Assembly: GCA_013239625.1 (NCBI GenBank)
Contig: MU057051.1
Coordinates: 5,799,290 to 5,863,289, forward strand
Source of the DNA: Lama guanicoe
Taxonomy: Eukaryota
Reading direction: 5' to 3'
Length of the DNA stretch: 64,000 bases
This document shows, in pieces, positions 1 to 12,230 of the stretch. The notes below the pieces were generated by a model, which saw only the letters and a program-made list of their open reading frames with translations, searched no databases and was not told the DNA's origin. Numbering within the stretch: the first letter of the stretch is position 1; each line of letters starts with the position of its first letter. The position numbers were made by a program, and so were the translations under genes.

Positions 1-1133
1 TATATTTCTCTGTGCTATACAGTATCATCTTGTTTATCTATTCTACATATGCCTGTCAATATCTGCAAATTTTGAACTCTCAGTCTATCCCTTCCCACCC
101 CCACCCCTTGGCAACCACAAGTTTGTATTCTATGTCTATGAGTCTGTTTCTGTTTTGTATTTATGTTCTTTTTTTTTTAGATTCCACATATGAGCGATCT
201 CATATGGTATTTCTCTTTCTGGCTTACTTCACTTAGAATGATATCCTCCAGGAACATCCATGTTGCTGCAAATNNNNNNNNNNNNNNNNNNNNNNNNNNN
301 NNNNNNNNNNNNNNNNNNNNNNNNNNNNNNNNNNNNNNNNNNNNNNNNNNNNNNNNNNNNNNNNNNNNNNNNNNNNNNNNNNNNNNNNNNNNNNNNNNNN
401 NNNNNNNNNNNNNNNNNNNNNNNNNNNNTTTTTGAAGTAGGGGTCCTTCTGGATATGTGCCAGGAGTGGGATTCCTGGGTCATATGGTAAGTCTATTCCT
501 AGTCTTTTGAGGAATCTCCATACTGTTTTCCACAGTGGCTGTATCAATCNNNNNNNNNNNNNNNNNNNNNNNNNNNNNNNNNNNNNNNNNNNNNNNNNNN
601 NNNNNNNNNNNNNNNNNNNNNNNNNNNNNNNNNNNNNNNNNNNNNNNNNNNNNNNNNNNNNNNNNNNNNNNNNNNNNNNNNNNNNNNNNNNNNNNNNNNN
701 NNNNNNNNNNNNNNNNNNNNNNNNNNNNNNNNNTGTATTTTTTCCTTGGAGAATTGCTTGTTTAGGTCTTCTGCCCATTTTTGGGTTGGGTTGTTTGTAT
801 TTTTTTCTTATTAAGCCGTATGAGCTGCTTATATATTCTGGTGATCAAGNNNNNNNNNNNNNNNNNNNNNNNNNNNNNNNNNNNNNNNNNNNNNNNNNNN
901 NNNNNNNNNNNNNNNNNNNNNNNNNNNNNNNNNNNNNNNNNNNNNNNNNNNNNNNNNNNNNNNNNNNNNNNNNNNNNNNNNNNTATTGCTTGGGTAGACT
1001 GCCCTGGGAGAATAGTTTTTAGATGTATGTCAGATGTTTTGCCTATATTTTCTTCTAGAAGGTTTATTGTATCTTGTCTTATGTTTAAGTCTTTAATCCA
1101 TCTTAAGTTTATTTTTGCGTATGGTGTAAGGGA
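1..1133 (-). mobile_element. Young LINE-1, 3' part of ORF2 plus 3' UTR, interrupted by three N gaps
   Basis: Minus-strand translation LIQPLWKTVWRFLKRLGIDLPYDPGIPLL is the conserved L1 ORF2 C-terminal motif. Bases 1-160 are the reverse complement of the L1 3' UTR also seen at 36020-36175. Confidence 0.95.
274..983. other. Assembly gaps (N runs 274-428, 550-733, 850-983)
   Basis: N runs seen directly, separated by sequence islands of 121 and 116 bp. Confidence 0.99.
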
Positions 1134-1514
1134 GTTCAGCTTTCTTTTTTATTTCTCTCTTAGAACAGCAGACAAACACAACACAAAACCAAAATACAAC
1201 TGTATGGATTTCCTGGGTTACCTCAATGAATAATTCCTCATCAGGTGCTAATTTATTTTTTAAACTCCTGCCAGTCTCCCTTTCAGCAAGCAGGAAGTGG
1301 CCTAGGATTTAGGACTTTAAGTATCTGCTTTGTAGCAACAGGAACTTTACCTCATTTGAGAAAGCACCTCACATTTGCCAGCCTATAGCCATCTCCAAAG
1401 TGCACCAAGAGGAAGCAATCTAAAATATCCATAACCCTTTACAAAGCGTGAAATTTCTCCAAAGCAGATGAAGATAACATAGTCACTGTATTTTAATCAC
1501 CTACCCATTTCTTG

Positions 1515-1630
1515 GTACCCTCACTAGAGTCTAAGCCCCTTGAAGAAACACACTGCATCTTGCCCTCTGCTATATCCCCAATGCCTAGAATAGCATCCAG
1601 CACAATAAACAGTCATCTGTGGATTAATGG
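1515..1630 (+). mobile_element. L2 3' end fragment
   Basis: ctagagtctaagccccttgaag...tatatccccaatgcctagaatagcatccagcac resembles the L2 3' terminus. Confidence 0.65.
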
Positions 1631-2619
1631 GGAATATCTTTAATGGTTTAAAAAAGAATAAACTCCAAGAGCATTAGGCACAACATCTAAGGCTCTGAAT
1701 TCATCTTGTGAGCCTCATTCTGTATCATTTCCCTGCCTTCGACCTCAGCCTGAGGTGTCTCTAAAGATCATATTCTGTATCAGCTATTGTGGCTTTTCTC
1801 TCCTCATCCCCTCTCCTTGAAAGGCTGTTTCCTCACCTGCTGATTCCTACACATCCTTCTAGAGTCATTTCAGTCCTCTCCCTTATTTTTTTTTAAATTA
1901 AGGTCCTGGAAAATAAACAGACTGTGGCCTTAGATTGCTAGAGTGTAATACATATACTTCTGTTGTTTTTGGCACCTATGAGAGCCCTTTCTTTGGTAAA
2001 GGTTTCTCAGTAGAGTACTTTCTTCTGAAAGCAGTATCACTTTTCTTCTGTCTTTAAAATCTCCATGAGAACTTCAAAAAATAACATTCACTAAACTGGT
2101 AATTTAAAAAGTTAAAAGTAAAAAGTGTAAGCAAACAAGAACTATCATGTTGGTAAGTCTAGGTAGATCTTACCTGGGCAGTTTTTGAGAGGGAAAATGA
2201 TTTTAAATCAAGATTTTGCTTTTGGTCTATAACCTTAGCTTATTCTTTTTGTTACTTTCAATTCTTGCTCATTAGCTTTAGAATGTATTCACCTTGTTTT
2301 ACTACTGAATTAACAGCAAATCAGTCCTGCTTAAAAATTTAAAGCTGACTTTTTATTCAGACGATATTAGCTGTCACTTTCCAAAATTTATGTCACACTA
2401 CAATTCTGAAGACAAAGTCATTGTGATACTATACATGAGTTTTGGTGCTAGGTGTTTTTCTGCCCATCTGTTCTTTTCAGTGAAACCTCAAGGGTCATCT
2501 TCTCACCTTGCCAATCCTTCACCACCATCATGGAACAATTCCCAGACAATAGCAACAACCACCTCGTGTGGACATGATTTTCTGCAGTAGACATTCAACA
2601 AGAGCCTCTGACGGGTACA

Positions 2620-3080
2620 AAACTGTATCAAGGGCTGTGCTAAGACAAAAGAGACACCAATGCCCCTTTTAAATAATAAGAAAAGTTGCAAGATCATAAA
2701 TAAGGCATGTGAGTAAATATCTCCAACAACAGGTAGAAAGTGATCAGTGGAATTAGGAAGGACTGTAAGATTTCAGGAAAGGGAGAGACCACTTCCAGAG
2801 GGGAGAGGATTCAGCAAATACTGTGAAGGAATTGGACTCTGAAATATGCCTTGGATGATGGGGACTGGGTATGTACAGAAGATGCAAGAAAGGATATTCT
2901 AACAACCGAGGACCGCTCTTGTGCTGAGGGTTAATAAATCTGTCCTCTACTTCATCTGTTTATACACTCGTTTGATAAATATTAATCACATGTCTTTTAT
3001 GGGATACACCATACTATGCTTTAAGTAAAAAGTGGTGAGAAAAAGATACAGCCCCTGCCTTACTGGAACTTAGAGTCTAA
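2620..3080 (-). mobile_element. L2 fragments (degraded)
   Basis: Antisense L2 3'-end wording, e.g. aaagatacagcccctgccttactggaacttagagtcta. Confidence 0.55.
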
Positions 3081-3534
3081 AATCCTTTATCTCCCTCCCT
3101 TCTTTGCTTTCACTTTGCAAGTCTGGGGCACTGGACAATCCTGGAACTAATCAATTGGAGTATAGATTAAAGAGTCCAGAGAAGGCCACATGGAGAGCTG
3201 TCGACAGACTGCACATAAGTCACCACTGCAGGCTTGAGGCCAAGTTTTATATTTACATTTGTAATGATGAGAAACAAAAGAGCAAAGACTGACTATTCCA
3301 TTTGTTTGTTCACAATCCAAGTATAACAAGCTGGAACTTTCATTACAATCTACTAGGCTCTGTGCTAGTGACTTCTTAAAAATTGAGCCAAACTATCAAA
3401 ATGTCTAAAATAATAAACTATCAGAATAATAAAATAACTAATTTATTTTTTTCTTTTTAGAGCTTTAAGAAACCATGACAATTAGGAAGCCTGAAGTCAT
3501 CTTACGATAAGCCATTTTATATTAAATACAGAAA

Positions 3535-4075
3535 AATATATTAAGTGTATATCATCTAAATATACTGATGAAAAGACACATATTGACAGAGTGGATTGAA
3601 AAACATGACTCTATTATATGCTGTCTATGAGAAACTCACTTCAAGTTTAACAACCTAGGCAGGTTGAAGATAAAAGGATAGACAAAGGTAACTGTAAATA
3701 ATCAAAAGAAAGTATATTAATACCAGATAAGACTATAGACCTATGAGCCAAGAAAATTATCAGACACTGAGGGAAACATTACATAAAGGTAAGGGGGTCA
3801 ATTCACCAAGAAGACATAACAATCTTAAATATACATACACCAAAGACAGATCTGCAAAATACATCATGTAAAAATTGATACAATTGAAAGTGGAAGTACA
3901 TGAATCTACATTTTAAGTTGCAGACTTTAATCCACACTCCATTAACAACAGATACAGCAGCTAGACAAAAAAATTAGCAAATATACAGAATTCAACAACA
4001 GCATCAAGCAACAGAGCCTAACTGATATTTGTAGAACAATCCCCGAAATAGCACAGAAAACACATTCTTTTCAAA
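3535..4075 (+). mobile_element. Old LINE-1 ORF2 endonuclease-region fragment
   Basis: Translates EWIEKHDSIICCL*ETHFKFNNLGRLKIKG, a decayed match to the L1 APE-endonuclease N-terminus (WIKKQDPTICCLQETH). Continues through ggggtcaattcaccaagaagacataacaatc. Confidence 0.9.
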
Positions 4076-4884
4076 TAATGTGGCACAAAGCGGTAAACTG
4101 CCAATAAAACCTCGTGGTGAACATGAAGGGTGATTCTTTTCTTCCACGACTCCTGACAGGAAGCAATCCTCTCCCCTTTCGTCCAGGCTGAATTTCAATG
4201 CGGGGTCCTCCCAAATGTGAACTTAAAGGGCATGACCCACTCCTGAAACTGTTTATACTTCCACTGACATAAAAAATCTTTTGCCTCTTAAGATGACTTA
4301 CACAACGGATAAAATGATAAGTTAAACCTCCCAGTATTCCGTGAAAGCAGCAGTGTCTCTGGTGATGGACCCTAACCTGCCCTGAGAAAGCTATTCACTG
4401 TCAAGCAGACTGTATGATAAATCCCAGCTGCAGGAGCCTACAGTGACAAAGCTAAAGGCAGGTATCAGAAGTATCCTCCCTGGGGAGTCTAAAGAGAACT
4501 TGCCTTTTGAGTAGTCAGATATTCTATCTCGGTGCTAAAGTGCTCAGCACGTAGATGTGCTCGATTCCTTTTTTTGCCAACTATTATTTATATTTATACT
4601 ATATTTAAACTATCATTATTATTTCTGCAGTTGTTAAACTCTAATTGAGCAGTTTCATATGCCTAATTTCTACTAACTGCTGGCAGAATGCACTGATATT
4701 ATTTTGCTTATTCTCTCATTCTGGAAGACACCATAAGAGCTGGCTCTCCCTAGAGCTCCATTCCAAATCCTTTGCACTTCTCAGTTTATGTCAAAAGAGG
4801 CAAACTCAAACATCTATATTTCCAGGCTGGAGCAAGTCAGTAGGGAATCCATTTAAAATTGCCCTGCACATTCACATATATACC

Positions 4885-5320
4885 CACAGCTTTCAGTGGT
4901 GATTCCCAAATATAAATTTCAGACTGAGATCTTCCTTTGAATCTCAGCTCTATATAACCATCTGGCTTCTGTACATCACCACCTGCAGACTCCGTAGCTG
5001 CTTCAAACTTCATATGACCAGTTATCTCTCTCCTCCCATTCTTAGCCTACATTTTCCCATCTTGTTAATGGAATCATCAACTATCTCAGAACTTGAGATC
5101 ATTAACTCCTTCCCTCTTATATGCCAACCAAGGTCAGCCCACACTAATTACTATCAATTCTACCTCCAAACGCATCCTTTGAACCCACCCATTTCCTGTC
5201 TTACCTCACTGATGCATCATTTCTTATCTGGACTCTTAGATCTGTATCCCCACTCATCTTCCTCCTTGCCTCCTCCCCCATCCATCCCGGGCACAGTAGC
5301 CAGGATCTTTCTAAGACAGG
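4885..5320 (+). mobile_element. L2 internal fragment
   Basis: gattcccaaatataaatttcagactgagatcttcctttgaatctcagctctatataaccatctggc...cttcaaacttcatatgacca follows the L2 consensus. Confidence 0.75.
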
Positions 5321-5339
5321 GCACTTGTCCCGAGTGGAA

Positions 5340-5590
5340 GCATACCGAAGTGGTTAACTCTGTGGACTTCAGAACCCGAGGGGAATCCCGGTTCCATCTC
5401 TTACAAACTGTGTCATCTTGGGAATGTTACTTAACCTGTCTATGCCTCACTTTCCTCAGAAGTGAAATGGGAAAGCACATAATATCTGTTTCATCTGATT
5501 GTTATGAAGATGAAACAAATTAACAGTTATAAAGCTCTTAGAACAATGCCTAGCACAGAGAAAGTGAGATAAATATACATTAAATAAATG
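5340..5590 (+). mobile_element. MIR SINE, near full length, nested in L2
   Basis: MIR core tgtgtcatcttgggaatgttacttaacctgtctatgcctcactttcctc and tail aaagctcttagaacaatgcctagcacagag. Confidence 0.9.
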
Positions 5591-5649
5591 GATGCCACTT
5601 ACCTGCTTACAGCCTTTCTCTAAAGGAAAGTGTTGACTAAGGAAAGCGA

Positions 5650-6110
5650 CCCTTCGGAATCTGCCACCTGCTTCCCTGTCTAGCCTCCGCTCTTGCTGTT
5701 TATCCCACATAGAAGGAGAGCTTCAGGCATAGCAAACTACGGGCAGATCCCTGAGCTTGCCCCGAGATTTCATTCCTCCCACGCCCGTCTCTCTGGAATG
5801 CCCTCTTCCCCATGGAAGGGAGAAGTAAACTCCTACCCAAGCTTCAAGTTGCAAAGGATTAGGTGCCTTTCTCCTTTGAAAGCCCTTCCAGACTCACTCA
5901 AACCATGCTACTCACTTCCTTTTGTTCTGTCCTGGGGTCTAGTAGCCATCTCTATTTACCACGTAGCCTTGCAGTTGTACTTTTTATAAGCCTACTTCCC
6001 CTAACAGCCATGCTCTTTCAGGTCAAGGACTGTAACAAAGGTCCTTGTACTCTTAATGGAGAGTATAATATCTAGCATGGAACAGAGGACATGACAAATG
6101 TTTTTATGTA
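5650..6110 (+). mobile_element. L2 3' fragment (continuation after the MIR)
   Basis: ctctggaatgccctcttcc...aaactcctacccaagcttcaag...tttctcctttgaaagcccttcc matches L2 3' region. Confidence 0.65.
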
Positions 6111-6164
6111 TTTATTCTCTGTGGTCTTTCCTCCTCTCCCAATAGTGGTAGTAGTAGTAATGAT

Positions 6165-6430
6165 GGCAATAATATCTTACTGTTTTAATATTCATAAAAC
6201 ACTTTGAAATACATTATGTCATTTTATTTTGATCCACAGAATAAAAGGCAAATGAAAAATGACCCCCACTTTACCACTGAGAAAACTGTGGTCTCAGGAG
6301 TAATGTGATTTCTCTGGGATCTTACTGCTGAGAAAACTGTGGTCTTAGGAGTAACGTGGTTTCTCTGGGATCATGCGGCCATTATTCAAATCCAGGGTTT
6401 ACGATTCTAAACTTTATGTTTGTTTTCTTT
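6165..6430 (-). mobile_element. MIR containing a tandem duplication
   Basis: Antisense MIR core ccccactttaccactgagaaaactgtggtctcagg and attcaaatccagg. Confidence 0.75.
6271..6372. repeat. 51-bp tandem duplication, 2 copies
   Basis: 6271-6321 ttaccactgagaaaactgtggtctcaggagtaatgtgatttctctgggatc versus 6322-6372 ttactgctgagaaaactgtggtcttaggagtaacgtggtttctctgggatc. Confidence 0.95.
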
Positions 6431-8134
6431 TCCACAATCACAGGATCCCCTCAGCCCCTTCAAGATGATTATTTCGTACATACTAGTCATACTCTGGGAA
6501 ATTAGTGACAGGGCCCTCTCTACCTCCTTCCAAAAACACCTCTGCTTTAGTGTCTGTAAGACTCATATTCTCCCATCAAAAAAAGACAACTAAACTACCT
6601 TGTCTGAATCAACAACAGGAACAATACAATTGTCAAATGCATGTTTCTTGCAAATACATCTCATAAGCTCCAGACGGGTGTCAGTTTAAACACATCGTGT
6701 TCCCATGGTGAGTCCTGGCCAAGGGCACCAAGTCCTTGGATACAGATAAGGACACCGGGTCTGTGATGTCACTTCATATTTTACAGACCTAGGCAGGAAT
6801 GATCACAAAAACAAAGCATCTGGTCAGGCATGGAGATTTTTCATCAGATCTAAACAAGGAAGATCTTTCTTTCAAAAATAGTTTCTGGAGACACCTGAAG
6901 ATTAGGCTCAGAGCCAGTGTCACTGGTAAATAATAGTCCAGTGTTTACGTCTTCACTGGGGATTGTTTCCCCTGACACCACAAATTAAATGAGGCCACCA
7001 GACTTGCAGAGCTTTGTCATTTGACCAGGAGAGCTGTATGTTTAAGATCTAAACAAAAGAGCTATCCTGCCTTTACAGGAAGTTTAAGAAAAGCCAGAGT
7101 TTAGAATGCAAAAATACAGTCTTCCTTGACTAAGGGCTTTATACCAACGCTCTGAAACGAATTTTTTTCCCTCACAAAGTCCTTCCAATCTCAGGTGTGT
7201 GGCAGACGCTAATTGCCACAGAGAACACAAGCCTTTCCCTTGGGAAGGAGTGGCTGTATTGCCAAACACAGAGCCTTTGGGGTTTGAAATCTTGACAAGC
7301 CCCAAACAAAAGTGCCTTGTTTTTGTCTCCTCTTTACAGATTGCGGTGTTTAACTTCTGTAACATGAAAAGATATAACAGGCTGTGCTTTATTTTATCTT
7401 TACTTTTGGAAAAGTTCTACCCTAGGAGAGACTACCTGAAATGAGAATCTAATGTAATGGCTGTAAAAGTCCAGGAATATCTAATCAAAAATCACTGGGT
7501 GACATTTATCCCCTCCAGTGAAAAAGCAGAGTAATGCAAACAAAATCCCTTTGTTCTAGGACATTCCCCATGAAACTAAGTGCCACTTTCTCTTTATAAA
7601 AACCATGGATTGAAATAATACTCTGATTCAATATTTGGCCCAGAACAGCTGTGAAAGCACAATTTTCTATTGAAACCTTAATTCCCATCTTGAGATTCTT
7701 AGTTATAAGCAGGCTGGCAAACACATATAGCCATATACCTTTAACACAGTCTATAAATAACACTCTGTCTTCAAGAGGAAACGTTATTTTTTAAATCAAA
7801 AAGTCTATTTCCCTGTGCTTAAAGAAGTCATATTTTGATTGTTACATATTCAGATGATTCAATGTTCAAAGTATGATTTAGTCATATTAAACATAGGCTT
7901 TCTTTAGGATGAGGAAAGAATATCTTGGTTTTTAATGTCCTCTGTGTACAGTATATCCTCTTTTAAATGTGCAGTGAAAATTAATTATTTAGGTTAAACT
8001 AAGTACAAGATCATCCACCAATCTTATGGTCCAAATTATCCCAAGCTAAAATTGGTCCTCACCACAAGCTAAAAATATAGTACAGTCTGTCATTATGTTT
8101 TAATTCATGAAAGTAAAATCTAAATGGGAGAGGT

Positions 8135-8355
8135 AAATAATAACATCTTACACTTTATGAACACTTACCTATTTATTTTCTAAATTGAGCTGCACAACAA
8201 TTCCATGAAAGAGAAAGGAAAGGATCATTACTTCCTTTTAATAAATGACCAGCTGAGTCTCAAAAAGATGACATGGCTTCTGTGAGTTCAGCCAGCTGAT
8301 GGATGCAAGAACTAGAACACACAGCCCCAGGGCACCGAGTGACACCATACTACCT
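8135..8355 (-). mobile_element. MIR
   Basis: cacaacaattccatgaaa...cttccttttaataaatgaccagctgagtctcaaaaag, antisense MIR core. Confidence 0.65.
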
Positions 8356-9238
8356 CTCTTGAATCCACTTCACACCAAAACTGCTACTGGTTACAAACCT
8401 ACTCTAAATTAACTCTAGCAGGAGTTCTACATATCTGGTAAGTGTGGTTGGAGAGTTCCTGCAAAGCAGTTGCGAAGACTTAGAAGCCAAGGGAAGATCC
8501 CCAGGTGACAGTCCCACTCCGAGGGAAACACTGTCCCTCCACACACCCCAGACTTTCTGTGGACTTCTCTCTTTCCAACTAAACCCTCCTCTCTGCACTT
8601 CTACATTTTCATAGTTTCCACCAAAAAACAAATAAACGATGTGAGCTCTGTAGTGACAGCTAATACTGAAGGAAAAAGCAACGCATGGGGGTGCACAGTC
8701 ACTTTTTGAGTGTCAGTCAAAGGTCACAGGGGCAGTTTCCCACAAGTCATCAGGTTACCCAGGTTGTCCTGAGCCTCTTCATAATTTTTTTCACCATAAA
8801 TGTCACACAGGATCAAATATACAATGAAGATAATCTTAGAATAATCTGAAAAGTGTTCTGTTTAGTATATGCAGTGACAGATACATGGAGACTTACTAAA
8901 TTTTTCCCATCTTCTTCCATTCAGCAAATAATTATTGACAGCCTCTAGACTAGAACCTGCAGACACATAAACAATCACACTGATTCCTGGTGGGTGGTTT
9001 AACTAAGTACTCTGGGTGTGACTGTTTCCATTTGGGTCAGTGGGGAGGCATCACACAAATTATGTCACTTGGTTTGGTTCTTACAGGTTAAGCAGTAGTT
9101 CAGGAAACAAGGAGTAGAAAGGGTAGTTATTTTATTCCTGCTGCAGCTCACAAATATATAAATACAAATGAATACATTCCCATGGGAAGTCTCTACCCAT
9201 CTAATGTTGAAATATCTTAATAGAAAGAAAAAATCTCC

Positions 9239-9468
9239 TAAATACAACAAACTAGTGAATAAAACAAAAGAGAAGCAGACTCACAGATACAGAGAACAAA
9301 TTAGTGGTTACTAGCAGGGAGAGGGTGGGGGAGGGGCAATAAAGGGTGAGAAAAAGAAGAGTTACTATGAGACTGTATAAAATCACGTGTGAAACTTGTG
9401 AAAACTGTAAAGCATTAAAGAATTTAAAGAAAATTTCATTCAATGTTTAAAAATTAAAAGAAAAAAGA
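9239..9468 (+). mobile_element. 5'-truncated LINE-1 3' end (cetartiodactyl type) with target-site duplication
   Basis: gcagactcacagatacagagaacaaattagtggttac plus A-rich tail. Flanks aaagaaaaaatctcc (9224-9238) and aaagaaaaagcctcc (9469-9483) match 13/15. Confidence 0.9.
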
Positions 9469-10101
9469 AAAGAAAAAGCCTCCAGAACAATATGTAGAAC
9501 AGCTTAGTAAATCATGACAGAAACTCACTTCATGCATTTCACTGATGATAATTGCTTTTGGTAAGTAATGGACACTGTAATTATTATATCTAAGCAGAGA
9601 TTCTCAAAATGTTAAGGGTAAATAAGTTCCAGGCCAATATCATCTTTTTTGATAAAGCACAGAAAGGTTGTGTCTGATTTAAAATCACACAGCTAATCAC
9701 TGAAATGAAAAGACTTAAACTTAAGATTCCATGATGTCCAATTTAGGTTTTTTTTTTTCCTGCAGTATTGCATGCTCTTATTGTTAAGTTGATAGTTTAT
9801 GGTTAGAGATGTTTTTAATAAGACACAAGAACAGCAGTTGGAGGTCAGAGGGCCACATTAATAAAATCCATAAATGTTGTTGTTTATTTTCTGCTTAATA
9901 TGAAAAGGAATAAATTCCTGAAGAAGAGAACATGGGCAGGGAAAGAAATTCCAAAGGCGAAGGACAGGAATGAAGATAATTATGAAAGACCAAGAGTCAG
10001 GAGATCTGGATTTTATTGTGAAGTGGTCTTAAACAAGCACCTTGCCCTCATTCTCTTCCATTTTATCACCTGTAAACTTGAGCCAATAACACCTGGGTGG
10101 G

Positions 10102-10150
10102 TATGTGTGGTTTACTGTACAGAAATCATACTACAATAAAGGTGTTTAAA
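10102..10150 (+). mobile_element. 49-bp L1 3'-terminal fragment with perfect 17-bp TSD, inserted in a MIR remnant
   Basis: aataacacctgggtggg occurs at 10085-10101 and 10151-10167. The insert has AATAAA and resembles the end of L1MB/L1MC 3' UTRs. Confidence 0.8.
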
Positions 10151-11249
10151 AATAACACCTGGGTGGGAACCATTTACTTGCACTAGTTTGTGTGTGAATG
10201 TGTGTTGCATTTCTAAATATATTTATATAGATGAAACATCTCCTGGGAACCTTTTTCATATGTGCCCTCAATTATTACTCAAGCCAGCCTTACACATTTG
10301 GTACTCGTTAGCCTCCGTGCAGAAATAAGGAGGATGTGTTGCAGAGAGTTTGTAACTTGCCTAAAGCCACTTATCTATTTCATTACAGAGCTTTAATTTG
10401 AACACAGTTCTTCCAACTTATTGCTTTTTCTGTTAAAAATGTCTTTTGACTAAGTAACCATTAAAGTCTATTCTGGTGCTAAAATCAGACTTCTAATGCA
10501 ATGAGAAATATGGAAATGCTTTAGAAAATTTTAGAAAAGTGCCATGAAAATAGGAGGTGATCATAACATACCCATTAATCATATATATCCATCTGTATGG
10601 ACCCAAAGCATTACAGATTCCACCCAACTGCCTACATGCTGGGGTGAGAGGGCAGGCATTTTGAATCCTTCATAGCCCAATGAAGATTAAGTCATAAATA
10701 GCTATAATTTGTCCTGACATTTAGAAAGTTGATATCCTACTGAAGAATTTATTAGATTGGAGAGCTCTGAGATAATAGATGTTTAAGCAATTTGACTGCC
10801 TTTCATACACAATATATAATCTCTACAGAGATTTGGCCAACTTTAATGTCAACCAGAATATTTGTATTTGTTTTGCTTGGCTCAGAAGTCATCTTGAAAA
10901 TAAAATGCCTTTTATTCACATAAAGTCATAGATACAAATTACCTCTCTTAAAAAGAGCTATATAAATAATATGGCCACTCCTTCTTCTTATTGATTATAA
11001 ACAGAATATTGTTTCTAATAAGCATATAGAAACCACCAAGCAACTTGGAAGGTTTTTATCGATATCAGAACCAGTTTTTGCCATAGCAATAAGCTCGTGG
11101 ATTAAAAAGTAATATAATCACAAACTCCATTCTCCCATTCACATTCAGAATCAATATTCTAGGGCAATGAGACTCTTGTCCCAGAAAGCAGGAGATGCCT
11201 CAAGATCTGTGTTCCAGCTACCCTGATTTCTTTAATGAATTCTTATCCC

Positions 11250-11640
11250 CAGTGAGTCTTTGCTCTCCTGACACAGGGCCAGTTCAGATGTTCTTCCCAC
11301 TGCCTGAAAAATACCCCAACCCCCAGTTGACTTTTTATTCATCCTTCACAACTAAGGTCAAATATTATTTCCTTAGAAAATTGGAAGCCTGAGCCTTTTG
11401 CCTTAGTCACTCCCCATAGTTAGACCCTCGTGGCATATACACATACTATTATTGCACAATATTGTGATGTATTATTTATTTGTGCAATTATTTGACTAGA
11501 AATGACTCCCTCAGTAGATTCAGTCTCTAAGGAGACAAGGACCATGTCATTTTACTCATCGTCCTATCCTCAGGGCTTAGCAGAGTAACTGGAACATGTA
11601 AACTACTCAGTTAATTTTTTCTTTAAGAGAATAAATGGTT
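11250..11640 (+). mobile_element. L2 3' end
   Basis: aaggagacaaggaccatgtcattttactcatcgtcctatcctcagggcttagcagagtaactggaacatgtaaactactcagt. Confidence 0.75.
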
Positions 11641-11809
11641 CTCGTCTGGAGAAGACTCCATCCACTCTCAGTTGCCATGTTTCACATCCTTCTCCAAATT
11701 CTACATCTGAGGTCTGTTCCTAAAGGATCTTATAAACTAAGGAGCTAATGTTTTTACAAGAATAAGACAATTCAGTTAATAATTATGAATATATTATTAC
11801 TTTTTAAAT

Positions 11810-12230
11810 TAATGCCTAGAGAAAGCATCCAAGAGAAGGGGAAAGAAGCTATGCACAAAGTAATGGGCTGTGGTGTTATCTTAATATGAAAATAACCTTA
11901 GCATCCAACAAGAAGATGGTAAAACCTAACACATCTGTCTAGTAGAATGCTATCTAGACATTAAAGTGAATAATTATGAGGATTATGTTATTTTAAACAT
12001 GCTTGAGTAAATAAGGTTACGTGAATAAGAAAAAAATAGAAAATTATGTATTACCTTTTAATGTACAAAGCATATGTTTATGTATAAAGATTGACTGAAA
12101 GGAATATGAAAAAGAAAAGCAACTTGATACAAGAGTGTCAGATAGTCTTATAACTTAAGATCATATGTATGGTAAGATTATAATGAATCATTTTATTTTG
12201 TTGTAATATTATTTATATCAAGACAACCAT
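11810..12230 (+). mobile_element. Ancient L1 (L1ME/L1MC-like) 3' fragment
   Basis: Decayed L1 3' wording: aaccttagcatccaacaagaagatggt...tagaatgctatctagacattaaa. Confidence 0.55.

Noticed and set aside
12-1233. Long ORFs at the window start (up to 181 aa)
   Set aside because: Their length comes from N runs; the only real coding signal is the L1 ORF2 remnant.
5014-5523. 169-aa plus-strand ORF, the longest gap-free ORF in the track
   Set aside because: It runs across an L2 fragment and a MIR; low-complexity S/P/L-rich product with no recognisable domain.
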